Assembly: GCA_964016885.1 (NCBI GenBank) | Contig: OZ024743.1 | Location: 234,670,001 to 234,734,000 of the forward strand | Source of the DNA: Eledone cirrhosa | Lineage: Eukaryota | Length of the DNA stretch: 64,000 nucleotides | Direction: 5' to 3' | Shown here: positions 41,046 to 54,061 of the stretch, one piece after another | Layout of the letters: the number at the start of each line of letters is the position of its first letter | Numbering within the stretch: the stretch's first letter is position 1 | The notes under the pieces: generated by a model | Database searches by the model: none | What the model saw: only the letters and a program-made list of their open reading frames with translations | Told to the model about the DNA's origin: nothing | Position numbers and translations under genes: made by a program

Positions 41046-42464
41046 ACACCTACAACAATACACACATCTATCTTCAACTGCACAAATTTAACCTTATCAA
41101 GAGTTTGAATATGAAAATGAGCATGATAGGAATGAGAATAATAATAATGATAATACTAATACATCTACCCAATATACATGGGGTAATAATATGATATAAT
41201 TATAAGTAGCATATATAATCAATAATAAACAATACAATTATATACTATATAATACAATATAATAGAATGGATAATTTCCGGTTAATTTACACAAACAATA
41301 TAGATGTCACAATAATAATATAATTATAATATAATATGACGTACCAAGATGTATAATATACAATATACTAACACTTATAATCAACAATATATAAGTTAAC
41401 AAATCAATTCATATTGGGTTACAGAGTAGGCGAGGAAAAAAAATAAATTGTACAATATCCCCAAAGGAATTTTGTTGGTACAAAAATACAAAGATCCTAC
41501 ATGATATATAAAGTTTAACATATCATAATGTTACATATAATTAACGGTAAGTGATAAGGATCAATATTACAATAAAAAATACAATATAATATAATATATT
41601 ATATAAAATAAGTTAACATAATATAATATATAATTACTTATAATTACAAGGTTGGTAGACATACATATATATGGATGAGTGAGTAAATGCCAGACAGTAA
41701 ATGCAATGCACAATATTAATAAAATATACAGTATAAAATATAGAATAAAATAAATAAATAAATAAATAGAATCACCCGGAGATTAAAAAAACAAAAACAA
41801 ACGTATGCATTTAGGTCTCACATGCAGTTAAGTATTTAAGTAAAACCTAAGGAAATAACACGTGAAAATGACTCGAAAACCCTATTTAATAAATTAATAT
41901 TAAAAATATTTAAACTATCTAATAAGGCAGTATAATATTAGCTATAGTTTAAGTAATTAAAGTTTATAAACATTAATATTTCGTTACAAATGTTTACAAA
42001 AAGGAATGAAAATTTTTTCCTATCATATACATAACAATACCTAAAAAATGTTCAATATAATTTTTCCTAGTATCAAATTATGGTAATTCTTATTTCACAG
42101 GTTGGAAGTATTTGTAGTAGTAATTTCATAGATTAGTTATTTATTATTATTAAATTGTAATCTTTGTATGTTTTTATAAATATTTCTTTCTAATATCTGC
42201 CAGAGAAAGTTTGTTTCTTAACCTGGCACTAGTCGTAGGAGATCCTACAAGCCAACAATACTTTTAAACTGCTTCTTTCGCCCTCTAACCAGGCACTGAC
42301 CATAGAGGCACACACGTAAATTAGTTGAAGCAATGACTTCATAATTCTGTTCAGATGGGGAGGGGGCTTTTTATCGTGGGTCAAACTGCAATTTATTGAC
42401 CACTTAACATCTATTATTGATCGGAATATTGTGGAGGCAAATTTACAGAAGTACAAAATATTAT

Positions 42465-42682
42465 CATCACCATTTAACCCCCATTTTTCCATGCTAGCAT
42501 GAGTTAGACGAGTTGTCCCCTTGCGAGACAAGTCAGATCAGGTGACTGTACCTTGCTCATACAGAAATGCTTCTGGTTTGGTTTCTACAGCTAGATGCCT
42601 TTCCTAACACCAACCACATTTACAGTGTGTACTGGGTGCTTTTTGCTGTGGCACCTAAACTACCACTTTACAGTGTAGGCTG
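42465..42682 (-). mobile_element. RTE 3' UTR fragment
   Basis: ccatgctagcatg..tcctaacaccaaccacatttacagt. Confidence 0.75.
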
Positions 42683-42721
42683 GAGACTAGTATGTATGTA
42701 TGTATGAATGAAAAGTGTAGT

Positions 42722-43053
42722 TCATTCATTCATCATTCCGCTTTTCCCTGCTTGCAAGGGTGGGACGGGAACTGATTCTGGTTTGATTTCTATAGCTGGA
42801 TGCCCTTCCTAACACCAACCTCATTTATAGTGAGTGCTGGGTGCTTTTTTGCCGTGGCACCTCCACGACCACTTTGCAGTGGAATGATAGGGAACCCAGT
42901 CCCTATCATTTTATTTCTACAGCTGAGTGAACTGGAGCAATGTGAAATAAAGTGTCTTGCTCAAGGAAACAACACATCACCCAGTCTGAGAATTGAACTC
43001 ACAACCTTTCGATTGCAAGACCAATGCTCTAACCACTAAGCCATGTGCCTCCA
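42722..43053 (-). mobile_element. SINE family A
   Basis: Reverse complement of 3883-4233. Confidence 0.9.
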
Positions 43054-43769
43054 TTGAATTAAACAAATACTACTGCTGCTTGAGACATAAAAGGCAAAGT
43101 TAATTTTAATGTTTAAATAATTATTATAATAATCATTTTTGATAGAATATGTTTTGTATATAAAGTTCTTTTGAAATTGCTTTCAACTGGACCAGAAAAA
43201 CAATAACAATTTGTAATCTATATTTATAATAAGAGCGCTGTCCCATCTGTCTGCCACACTTACTTTATATAGATAGAGGGAGAGTGCCAAGTGAGAGATA
43301 TGTACATAGAGAGAAATCGGAACATTGTGTGTTTTCAAGGTGGCAGAAAGAGGTAGATAGACAGAAAATTACGACACCGCCCTCATCCATATATAAAAAA
43401 GGGAGTCAAACAAAAGAGATGTACGTAAATAGAGAGAGAAAAGGAACATCATTTGTTTAGAGACAGAGCAAATGTGTGTGATAGAAAGAGGGGGAAGACA
43501 TTGCCCTCATCTAGTTATTATATTAGATATTTCATCTTTTTTTAATGTATTTTTAAATTATTTTAGTCTAATATCTAAGTTGATAACTCTATATTTTTAC
43601 ATTTTCAAAGAATGCTTAAAAAGAAAAGGGTGGGCATATGTAAATGTGCGAATAACATTTTGGTTGTTTCTTTAATAAGTGAAGAAGTATCATCAGAACA
43701 CAAACCTTAGTGAAAATGTCGACCTTAACGTTTGTGTCTAAAGTCTGTCTTAAACCAGAAGGCTCATTT

Positions 43770-43966
43770 AGCCAGTGCTTATGGTTTCATGGTGTGAAGT
43801 GACTGAGAGTACAAGACTCCTCCCTGGACAGGAGGCCTGTCCATCACAGGGTTAAACCCCCAGCTACTGCTGGTACTCGTTTTCAGCTGAGTATACTGGA
43901 GCAATGTGAAATGAAGTGTTTTTGCTCAAGAACACAACACACAACCCAGGAATCGAACCCACAACC
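43770..43966 (-). mobile_element. Related SINE sharing the family A core but with a different tail
   Basis: cagctgagt..ctggagcaatgtgaaatgaagtgt..tgctcaag; B-box complement gaatcgaaccc. Confidence 0.6.
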
Positions 43967-44020
<54 letters not shown>

Positions 44021-44092
44021 CATGTATAATATGGACCCTGGTAGATTTCAAAGAATGGACGTACCAGTTTTTCAATCAGAATTTTTCAATCA

Positions 44093-44671
44093 AATTTTTC
44101 CAGCCATCCATCTAATCTACGAAGGTATTTTAGCCTACATATTGTCGTTAATATTATGATGTTCCCTGCTGTATTAGCGTTAAATTTTCCCTGCTGTATT
44201 AGCGATAAATTTTCGAGGGTTTCTCTTAGTAGTTTTTCATGACGTTATTATTGTTAATTTTACTGATGTAGTATTAACTTGGATATTTACCATGCAGTAT
44301 TCTAATCCTATTGTATCTCTCTCAGTTCCTACCCCCCCCCCCCTCTCTATGCACTTCTTTAAGGCCTACTACCCTGTCTTTAACCTAATTCATTCAATCT
44401 GAAAATATTGAAGAGATAAGACACTTTCCCATTCTTCTCTGCTAAAATGTATCACTAGAGTTGATTCCAATTTTTCCAGCCATCCATCTAATCTACGAAG
44501 GTATTTTAGCCTACATATTGTCGTTAATATTATGATGTTCCCTGCTGTATTAGCGTTAAATTTTCCCTGCTGTATTAGCGATAAATTTTCGAGGGTTTCT
44601 CTTAGTAGTTTTTCATGACGTTATTATTGTTAATTTTACTGATGTAGTATTAACTTGGATATTTACCATGC
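44093..44671. repeat. Two apparently identical 203-bp direct repeats (44093-44295, 44469-44671) upstream of the LINE ORF
   Basis: Direct comparison; each contains an internal ~25-bp tandem (ttccctgctgtattagcg). Confidence 0.9.
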
Positions 44672-44938
44672 GACCCTCAGTTCCTACCTCACAATTTCCC
44701 TCCCCCCCCCCCCCCCCCACCCCCATACACCACCATAGTCTATTCGACCAATCAAACCTAGCATGCCATTTCCACTGCTGCTGCTACTACCTGCCTAACT
44801 AACTCTCTCCTCCTCTGGCGCATCCCAACACACCCTGCCATTACCCCACCACCACTGTTCTTCTAGCCCTCAATTTTCCCACCATTATGGATGGATGAGC
44901 TGGGAATACACAAGCAACTCTGAATCAATAGATGAAAT

Positions 44939-47900
44939 ATGAATCTGCGAGCTACCAAGCACCCACGTGAAGCGCCAACCCAGAGACCCTCCCCTACGAG
45001 TGTCGACAAATGCCCAAAACTCCGAGTTGGTACCATCAATGTAGGCTCAATGAAAGGAAGAGCAGGAGAAATCGTAGAAATGCTAGAGCGAAAGGAAGTT
45101 GATGTATGCTGTGTGCAAGAGACTAGATGGAGAGGAGGGTCTGCTAGAGTCCTTGTAGGAAAAAGCCAGTGCTACAAATTTTTCTGGGTGGGAAATGACG
45201 ATGGGATGGGTGGTGTAGGTATACTATTAGCTGACAAGTGGGTAGATAAAGTAATCTCAGTGTACAGGGTAAATGCAAGAATCATTAAACTCAGACTAGT
45301 CCTGAATAAGACAATTACCACAATAATATCAGCTTACGCACCCCAATCGGGGCTGCCAGACGAACTTAAGGATAGGTTTTACGAGTCCCTAATACACACT
45401 ACTGCTCTAACAGACGACAAGGACTTCCTAATCATTGCAGGAGATTTTAACGGACACGTAGGTAAACACTGCGACGGCTTCAATAGAGTACATGGAGGCG
45501 GCACAAGGAATGAGGAAGGATTCAGACTTCTAGAATTCTGCGACGCCAATGACATGTCGATATGTAACACAAACTTTAAAAAACCCGACAACCACCTGAT
45601 CACCTATAGATCAGGGGAGCACTCTAGTCAGTTAAATTTTATCCTCATCAGAGGACGTGACAGATGGACGGTCGTAAACACAAAAGCCTTCCCTAGTGAG
45701 GAATGTACATCCCAACATAGCTTAGTTGTCAGCGACCTCACGGTCAGAACTAGACGAGCCCTGAAACAGAGGCCAACCTGGAGAAGAAAGATCTGGAAGC
45801 TGAAAGTCCCCTCAACCAGTAACAGATTTAAAGATATTTTACTCAACGCCTACGACAGTAAAGAAGAACAGATAGAGACATTTAACGTAGAAGAGAACTG
45901 GGAGTTCCTAAAAAATAACTTACTAGAGGCGACGGATGAGGTTTGTGGCTGGAGTAAGACCTCAAGCAGGAGGAGAGTGACTTGGTGGTGGAACAATAAG
46001 GTAGATGAAGCAGTCAAGGCCAAGAGACAGGCATGGAAAGAATGGAAGAACAGGGGGAGCAGGGTACATTACATAGAGACCAAGAGGGAAGCTAGGCGAC
46101 AAGTATACTTAGCTAGGAGGGAAGCAGAGGATAGAAAATTCAAGCATGTTTTACAACGTGAGGACCAGAAACAGGAGGTATTCAAGATTGCGAGGCAGTG
46201 TGTCAGAGATAGTTGTGATGTCATTGGAGAGAAGTGTATCCGGAATGATAAAGGTGAGCTTGCCCTCACAAGTGCTGAGAAGAAAGATGCATGGAAGAGT
46301 CATTATGATAGATTACTAAATGAGGAGAATGCATGGGAAGAAGAGACCCTACCCCACGTAGACCCTATACAGGGACCAGCAGTACAAGTCAGTGGCAGCG
46401 TAGTAAGTAAGGCAATCAGAGATATGAAGATAGGGAAGGCAACCGGTCCATCGGGTATAGCTGCCGAGATGCTGAAGGCATCTGGGTCTGTAGGTCACAC
46501 TATAACCACACGTATCGTTAACCAGGTAATACTAGAGGGGGCCATACCAAAAGATTGGTGCAGTAGCATCATTGTCAACTGCTACAAAGGTAAAGGCGAT
46601 GCACTAGATAGAGGAAACTATAGAGGTATAAAGTTGATGGACCAGGTCATGAAAGTAACAGAAAGAGTTATAGCACAGCTGATTAGGGACCGGGTGAATA
46701 TAGACGAGATGCAATTTGGGTTTGTACCAGGGAAAGGCACCACTGATGCCCTCTTCCTTGTGAGGCAATTACAGGAAAAGTACCTAGCTAAAAGTAAGCC
46801 ACTCTACTTGGCATTTGTCGACCTTGAGAAAGCCTTTGACAGAGTTCCACGTGCAGTAATCTGGTGGGCTCTTAGAAAACTAGGAGTAGATGAATGGCTT
46901 GTGAAAGCGGTACAAGCCATGTATAGGGGAGCAGTCAGCAAAGTTAGGATTGGCAATGAGTATAGCGAGGAATTTAGCGTACAGGTTGGGGTCCACCAGG
47001 GCTCTGTTCTTAGCCCTCTCCTGTTCATCATAGTCCTGCAGGCAATAACGGAGGAGTTTAAGACCGGATGCCCATGGGAACTCCTGTATGCTGATGACCT
47101 CGCACTCATAGCTGAATCTATGGTAGAACTAGAGAATAAATTCCAAACCTGGAAGCAGGGACGAGAGAGAAAGGGCCTCAAAGTCAACATGACAAAGACT
47201 AAGGTCCTTATAAGTAGACGAGAAAACAGAACCCAGATCCCCTCAGGGAAATGGCCTTGCTCAGTATGTAGGAAAGGTGTAGGTAGGAACTCCATTCTCT
47301 GCCCCAAATGCAAACAATGGGTACACAAGAGATGTAGCGGGATCTCAGGAAGCTTAATTAAGAATGTAGGATTCACATGCAGCAGCTGTGCTGAAACAAC
47401 AAGCAAACAGCCACAGGAAACAAGTACCACCAATCTCTGGGAGGGCCCTGTAGAAACAGTAGACAGCTTCTGCTACCTAGGTGACCGAATTAGCAACGGA
47501 GGTGGGTGCTCAGAAAGTACAATAACTAGGGTAAGAACGGGATGGAAGAAGTTTAGGGAACTACTACCACTGCTAGCTGCAAAAGGCTTCTCCCTCAGAA
47601 TAAAAGGCAGACTGTATGATGCGTGTATCCGAACAGCGATGTTGCATGGTAGTGAGACCTGGGCGCTGAAGGTGGAAGACTTACGTAGATTAGAGAGAAA
47701 CGAAGCCTGCATGCTCCGATGGATGTGTAACAGTAATATACGTGAACGACAAAGCATAAAGGAATTGAGAGAGAGACTGAGCATAAGAGGAATCAAATGC
47801 TGCGTGCAGGAGAGGCGGTTACGCTGGTATGGACATGTGATGCGTATGAAGGATGACAGCTGCATAAAAAGGTGCAGAGCACTAGAAGTTGATGGAAACC

Positions 47901-48049
47901 GCGGAGTGGGGAGACCCAAGATGACTTGGGATGAGGTGATAAAAGCCGACCTTACCCAACTACACCTCTCAAAGTCAATGACACACGACCGTGACTTCTG
48001 GCGTCACGCAGTAATACAGGGTACCCGACCTCCCATGGGTACATGCTGA
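44939..48049 (+). CDS. RTE LINE protein: APE endonuclease + reverse transcriptase + PHD-like finger
   Basis: GTINV, VQETRW, SAYAP, GDFNGH (EN); NYRGIKL, QFGF, DLEKAFD, QGSVLSP, YADD (RT); C4HC3 at 47258-47389. Confidence 0.97.
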   Translation: MNLRATKHPREAPTQRPSPTSVDKCPKLRVGTINVGSMKGRAGEIVEMLERKEVDVCCVQETRWRGGSARVLVGKSQCYKFFWVGNDDGMGGVGILLADKWVDKVISVYRVNARIIKLRLVLNKTITTIISAYAPQSGLPDELKDRFYESLIHTTALTDDKDFLIIAGDFNGHVGKHCDGFNRVHGGGTRNEEGFRLLEFCDANDMSICNTNFKKPDNHLITYRSGEHSSQLNFILIRGRDRWTVVNTKAFPSEECTSQHSLVVSDLTVRTRRALKQRPTWRRKIWKLKVPSTSNRFKDILLNAYDSKEEQIETFNVEENWEFLKNNLLEATDEVCGWSKTSSRRRVTWWWNNKVDEAVKAKRQAWKEWKNRGSRVHYIETKREARRQVYLARREAEDRKFKHVLQREDQKQEVFKIARQCVRDSCDVIGEKCIRNDKGELALTSAEKKDAWKSHYDRLLNEENAWEEETLPHVDPIQGPAVQVSGSVVSKAIRDMKIGKATGPSGIAAEMLKASGSVGHTITTRIVNQVILEGAIPKDWCSSIIVNCYKGKGDALDRGNYRGIKLMDQVMKVTERVIAQLIRDRVNIDEMQFGFVPGKGTTDALFLVRQLQEKYLAKSKPLYLAFVDLEKAFDRVPRAVIWWALRKLGVDEWLVKAVQAMYRGAVSKVRIGNEYSEEFSVQVGVHQGSVLSPLLFIIVLQAITEEFKTGCPWELLYADDLALIAESMVELENKFQTWKQGRERKGLKVNMTKTKVLISRRENRTQIPSGKWPCSVCRKGVGRNSILCPKCKQWVHKRCSGISGSLIKNVGFTCSSCAETTSKQPQETSTTNLWEGPVETVDSFCYLGDRISNGGGCSESTITRVRTGWKKFRELLPLLAAKGFSLRIKGRLYDACIRTAMLHGSETWALKVEDLRRLERNEACMLRWMCNSNIRERQSIKELRERLSIRGIKCCVQERRLRWYGHVMRMKDDSCIKRCRALEVDGNRGVGRPKMTWDEVIKADLTQLHLSKSMTHDRDFWRHAVIQGTRPPMGTC

Positions 48050-49518
48050 AGCATATAAACAATATGCCCCCACTCCCCCCACCGCAAGGTGGTCGTGGAG
48101 GTGCCACGGCAAAAAAGCACCCAGCCCACACTGTAAAGTGGACGTGTAGGCGCCACGAAAAAGCACCCAGCACTCACTGTAAATGAGGTTGGTGTTAGGA
48201 AGGGCATCCAGCTGTAGAAATCAAGCCAGATCAGTTCCTGTATGAGCAAGGCATGGTCAGCCGACCAGACACTGCCCACAATAGGACAACCCGTCTAACC
48301 CATGCTAGCGTGGAAGAACGGACGTAAAACGATGATGATGATGAATTACCTACTGAAAGTATTAACAATTAACAAACAGGAAGGTATGTAAGATGGGGGT
48401 GGCAAATTTTACACTCTTGTTTAGGTGGTGCATCTTAGCTGCACCCTACAGACATGATGGTGAAAGCCATCACCATCCACTTACATTGGCATTTCCACCT
48501 CACAAGGCTCCTTCCTTGGATGGGATGCATTCCTCTCAATTTTGCAGAGGAAATGAGCATTCTGGGGAGCAGGGTCATCCAAAGGTCTTGAGAGCAGCTG
48601 GTCAAAGCCAGCCTGTGAGTTGGTTATCTGCCACTCATCTGTGTTGCAAGCAAAGATGATCAGATTTGTAATTAAGAAATGGGTTATCCCCTGGCATCTA
48701 TTATTACTAAAGTCGAAGTTAACAGGATCCAATGTTGACAGGAATCCTGACATGTCATGGCTTCTTCTGTTGTTCAAGGTTGCCTACCAAGGGAACTCAC
48801 TTGCACTGTGGCAACAAGTGAGCTACTATGGTCTGAACTTGTCAACCAAGAGTTTACAATGACCTTTGTATAACGCGCGCACAGAGGCCAAGGCGCAAGG
48901 ACACTGATGCAGGTGCACTCATCTTCAGACAGTGTGCTGGTTGAAGAGGGTACTGAATTGAGTTGAGTGCCGTTGTTTGGTAGTAAAGCAAACCGGAAGC
49001 AGGCAAGACATTGTTGAAAGATTCAGTCTTCTTGCAGGTTGAACTGTATTCAATGTCATTGCTCTTGTGTTAATATCCTGCATAGTGAGCCATTGTCAAT
49101 CCAAGGGGCCAGAGCAGACACAAGTTCCCAGTCCAAACTGTTGCTAGCCTCTATTGTGTGATAGAGCTGAGAGTTCAACTAACATATAGTCTAGCTGCTT
49201 GGGCTGAGACACTAAATAACAAATATAGTCTGTCTGATAGACCTCCACCGTGAGATAAAGCTGACACCTCAAATAACAGATATAGTCTCTGATAGACTTC
49301 CACGCAGTTTCCATCTAAACATATTTCATTCACAGGGTTTCGATCAATCTAAGACTAGAAGTCATTTACACTGGGTGCCAGAGATGAAATCCATGTACGT
49401 GTACATAAGATGCAATTGTTTTTTGTACTGAATACCGAAGTAGAGTTTTAATATTTATTTTATTAATGCTAAATACTGAGTCTTGTTACTCTGGAGTTTC
49501 GCCCGTGATAAACAGTAA

Positions 49519-49550
<32 letters not shown>

Positions 49551-50039
49551 GAGGCCAGTAGCTAACATATTGTGAGTTTCCAGATCCTAAAATGTTAAAC
49601 TTTGACTACTTTTAATTATATTGAATTTACCGTCTGTGCGCGTACATGAATATACAATTTTATTTTAGATCATTAAGAGTACGTGTATATATACGTGTCT
49701 GTATATATAGATGTATATACAATGTGTATGTGTTATGCATATAGATATGTGCGTGTGTGTTTGTATGTTTTCCTTTAGAAAACCATGGTTTAAGTAAGGT
49801 ACTCAATAGATCAGGTCGAGGGAAATTTGTATTTAAAATATAAGTGACTTCTACAAGACTGTTTCATTCTGTGCTGAAGGCCCGGGTGTACCTCATTATT
49901 TATACAGAGTTAGTCGGTCCTGTTATAAACAATCTAGCTTTTAATGCAGATAAGATTTTTTTACATAATTATTTTATTAAGCTGACGAAAGAAGAAAAGT
50001 GCAAACTAGTAGCAGTAAATAACCGTTTCCTTGTATCTA

Positions 50040-50600
50040 GTAGGTAGATTATTGATAGCAGCAGACGTGAAATGTTTATATATCGCTACCGTAACAACAT
50101 GCTTTGGTTTTGTGATAAATCATCGGACTATATACGTGTTTACTTGGAAGAAGCACTATTTTAATTGGTAGACAACATAGAACTTGCTACTTTTACGTCA
50201 TCAATTTGTGTAGTAAACGTTATACGAACATTAGGAATACTACTTATGTTCAGGCTTGTTATCACGATCGGCTTTCTATAACAATCTGATGTCGGCAAAT
50301 ATCGCATCAGTCGTAAGCAACGCAGCTAGCCTTCAGCCATTCCTTTTGTTTCCTGCGGTGAATCTGGTTATTTGTATTGGAGTATATTCAGTTGGTATCT
50401 TCTTTTCTTAGGTCTGCTGTGGAATGTTTCAACCGACGCACTCATTCTCGCGGCGCATTGTTTCGCTATCTGTTAACTTAGTCTATTATCACCCACTATG
50501 TCATAATACTAACTCTTGTTTTCGGACTATATCACACATCTATCTTATCACTCCGCCTGACAATTCGCACAAATTGAACTAGTTCTCAACTATTTACACG
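50040..50600 (+). promoter_or_regulatory. CpG-enriched promoter-like island upstream of the DUF3504 exon
   Basis: X-box-like GCTACCGTAACAAC (50085-50098), CRE-like TTACGTCA (50193-50200), many CpGs. Confidence 0.45.
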
Positions 50601-51103
50601 TGTTTATAATCCCGTTATTTTTCTTTTTAATACATAGATATATATTTGTTTGTATCTTTTTGAGTATGCTTAGTATAGTATCAATTATTATTTGTTGTGA
50701 TTTGAATGAATGTTATAACAATTAAGCAACGTACTACTACTGCTACTGTTATCACATGAATAACAAGTTTAGATATCAAGGCACCAATGACTACTTTGCC
50801 CAGTTCGGTGTTAGTAATGATTTTAAAGCTATGTATTGACTGCATTTATCATCTGACATAGTTTTTGTTATTGCATACATGCTATAAGGATTCCCATCTC
50901 CTTTAAAACCAGGCGGTTGAATAATGTAAATAATGCCACGTCTCTTCGGCTTAGACTTGTCTGTTAACTCGGCTATAAAATGCTTATTTTCTTTTTAAAT
51001 ACATCGTAAAGAATAACAAACGTATGAAGATATTGTTTTAAATGATATATCTTTAGTGTTACGATTTCTTAATTTGTTTAATATTTTACTTGATTCATTT
51101 ACT

Positions 51104-52198
51104 ATGATGGCAACTCAAGAGACACAATGTGAAAGTGCCGCCAATATTGAGGCTCATTCTACAAAGCGCGCCGAAGTCAGTGCCTGCGAGAAATTTGGCG
51201 AATATATATTTTCCAAAGGAGAAAAATTGCGACTCCACCAGTTGTTGTCACGAATTTCTCTTGGTGATATGGAGGCCAAACATCGCTTAAAAATTTATCT
51301 TTGTAGTTTTTTCCCCGATTTACGTAAAGACGACGGTACTTGGTATAAACATGCCGGTCTACGAGGCATTCGTTACGGCCTTTATCGTTTCATACTCAAG
51401 AGAGGTATTGATATATTAAATGATCCTTATTTTATAGAGGCTAACAGAGTGTGGCAGAAACATTCCTTTAGTCTACAGCAAAAGTTCTCAGCTGTCGCGA
51501 ATGTCAAATCCACACTAAGCCTAGCTGATTTACAAAAAGCCTACAGTTGGTGTAACAGTGATTTAAATAACCCAAACAAACTCCAGAAGCGTGTCTTTAT
51601 GGACATCGTTTTGCTTTTTGGTCGCAACGGTTATAAATGCCTCTCGCAATTAACAAAGCGTCATTTTGCTGTTAATACGAATCAGAAGTCCGGTTTGCAA
51701 TGTATAATTCTCACAGAAAATATTGTCGACGATGGTGATAAATCTTTAACAGAATTGAGTAATACAAGTTGCAGAATGATACACGAAGTTCCGAACGAAG
51801 CATTGTGCCCTGTAAAAATATTCTTGAACTATTTGTCAAGATTGCACCCACAGAGCGATAAGTTCTTTTGTCAACCCCGTTTTGGAGATGTGACAAATTC
51901 TCCCACCTGGTACACTCTGCAACCACATGGTGGCAAGAATATTGCTAACTTTATGACAGAAATTTCTTCCAGAGCGCACCTCTCACATACATACACTAAC
52001 CAATGTCTTCGTGCCACGCTCAACAATCTCATTGTCTCGGATAAATTAGATTTGAAAAGCATACAGAAAGTAATCACTTTTCGGTTACCTAGGCGAAAAT
52101 CGGACAGTGGCTTTTCAGAGAAACCACCTATTGATGCGAGGCAGCAACACTTGAAGAGATTGATCTCAGTTGATTCTTTACACTCAGGGATGTTTGAG
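51104..52198 (+). CDS. Crypton-derived DUF3504 / tyrosine-recombinase-fold protein exon (KCTD1/ZMYM/QRICH1-type domain)
   Basis: Motifs LRKDDGTWY..LRGIRYGL.RF, P.KLQ..VF..I.L.FGRNG, CPVK.F..YLSRL.P..DKFF.QP, WY..QPHG...I.NFM..IS..A.LS..YTNQCLRAT; ATG 51104; donor gag|gttagt, 1095 nt, phase 0; unspliced stop at 52231. Confidence 0.85.
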
Positions 52199-52795
52199 GT
52201 TAGTTCAATTTTCTGTCTTTCATGTAAATAAAGCTTTTAGTTCAGACCAAAACTTAACAGGAGATAGTTTTGCTTTCATTTCTCAGCAATAATGTAATTT
52301 ATTGATATTTTTCTAACGCTATGACACTGACGTTTTCTCTCTAGTTAAAACAAAAATAGAAAGAGCATTTGTCTGAGTTTTAAGAGTGATGAATTCTGCC
52401 GGATTTAGTTTTGTCATGCAAGTCTGTTGAATTTATCCATATAGGGCTGAAGTGTGGACAAGTAATTTTCTACAGTGATTAAGTCATCTATACAACTATG
52501 GCCTAAAGAACTGGGAGACTATTCAATGATGACAATGAAAAGAAATATTTCCTATTCTGATGCTTTACTTAAAAAATTGCATAATGTTTATCATCATTGT
52601 TGTGTCTTCTTTCCATGCTGGCATGATTTCTACGATTGGATACCTTTCCTAATAACGCCCATTTTACAGAGTGCATTTTCATGACACCAACAGCCAACAG
52701 TAGCAAGCTCGTAATTAATATGCTTCTTGCAACTCCCCCCCCCCCCCACTTAGCTTCTGTCATGGGGGGGGGGGGTATGTCCATGACTTTTTTTT

Positions 52796-53000
52796 TTAAC
52801 CTTTTAGCATATACTTTACTCTATATATACTATTATATTTTCACGGTAAAGGCTTTACCTCACATAATATCGAGTCTATGAGATTTTGATATTATTTATT
52901 TTGAAAACAATACCTTAACATAAGTATGACCAGCTGGTTTGAACAGAAAGAGGTGAAAGAATTCTGGCTGGATATGGCTGGTTTAAATGCTAAAGAGTTA
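52796..53000. mobile_element. piggyBac-like MITE
   Basis: ttaaccttttagcat ... aaatgctaaagagtta. Confidence 0.85.
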
Positions 53001-54061
53001 TGTCGTTACAGACTCGTAAGATTAGAGGCGTTAATATTCCAGTTAAATAATTGACTACAGGAAAAAGACCTGCAGGGAGGGAATTCCAAGGGCCCAATTT
53101 CTGGAAAGAAAAGACTGGTTGCAGTAATTTGTGTAGGATCAGAAGGGTGGTGGGTTAGGGTGCAAGTAGATTGTGAGTGTTTGGGTGGCACAGCTCTGCA
53201 AGAGAGGGCATTTCATAACTGAAGAGACAGCATATTTTGGGGGGGGGGGGGGGGGATTCTGTGACTTTGTACCGTCATTTCATTTCCAACATCATACACC
53301 ACGACAGAGAAAAAAATATAATTCCATGCCGGCTTTACCCTTGACACCCAAATGCCAAAATCAATCCACCCATCGGTGGTCTATTAGGCAACTCTTTAAC
53401 CTACTTCATAGTATCTCGAATAGTTATACGACACATTAACAGCCAACAATTTCAAGAGAAGGTTCATTCAGTATATGAACTCCTTCATATCTAGGCACAG
53501 GGAAAACTCCACCTTTTTCATGTAATCCCAGTACTATAATAATTAAAATCTATTTTGGGATTGAGTTTCTTTTCCTTTTTGTAAATTCAAACTCCATATA
53601 ATATATAATAAATGTGTGTGTATTCATCATTATTTTTTCATTTTACATCCACTTTTTTCATGCTCGCATAGATTGGCCCAAGACTTGTGATAGGTTTTCT
53701 ACAGCTCAATGATAACATATCTTATTCTAAGTATAATATATTAACCACTAAATGTTTGATGAACCAATACACTGCAGGTTGTATTTTTTATGAGGAACAA
53801 ACAATGTCACCACTCGCTTTTTTACATATGGTGTCCTGTTGATATAAATTTGTGGCAACTGACACACACACGCATGCATACATACATACATACATACATA
53901 TTCCTTAATGTTTCTCTTCTACCAGATTCACTCATAAGGGTATAGTAGACAATTGCTCAAAGTACTAAACAGTGAGACTGAACTCAAAACCCATAGATCT
54001 ATAGCAAACTTCTTATCCACACAGTAATGCCTGTGCATATATATATATATATATAAAGGAC

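Larger units (their letters stand above)
44093..48343 (+). mobile_element. Apparently full-length RTE-clade non-LTR retrotransposon
   Basis: Single EN-RT ORF, 3'UTR and (GAT)n tail; 5' boundary uncertain, no TSD found. Confidence 0.9.

Noticed and set aside
45379-48279. Antisense ORFs within LINE copies
   Set aside because: Shadows of the RTE ORF and 3'UTR with no independent motifs
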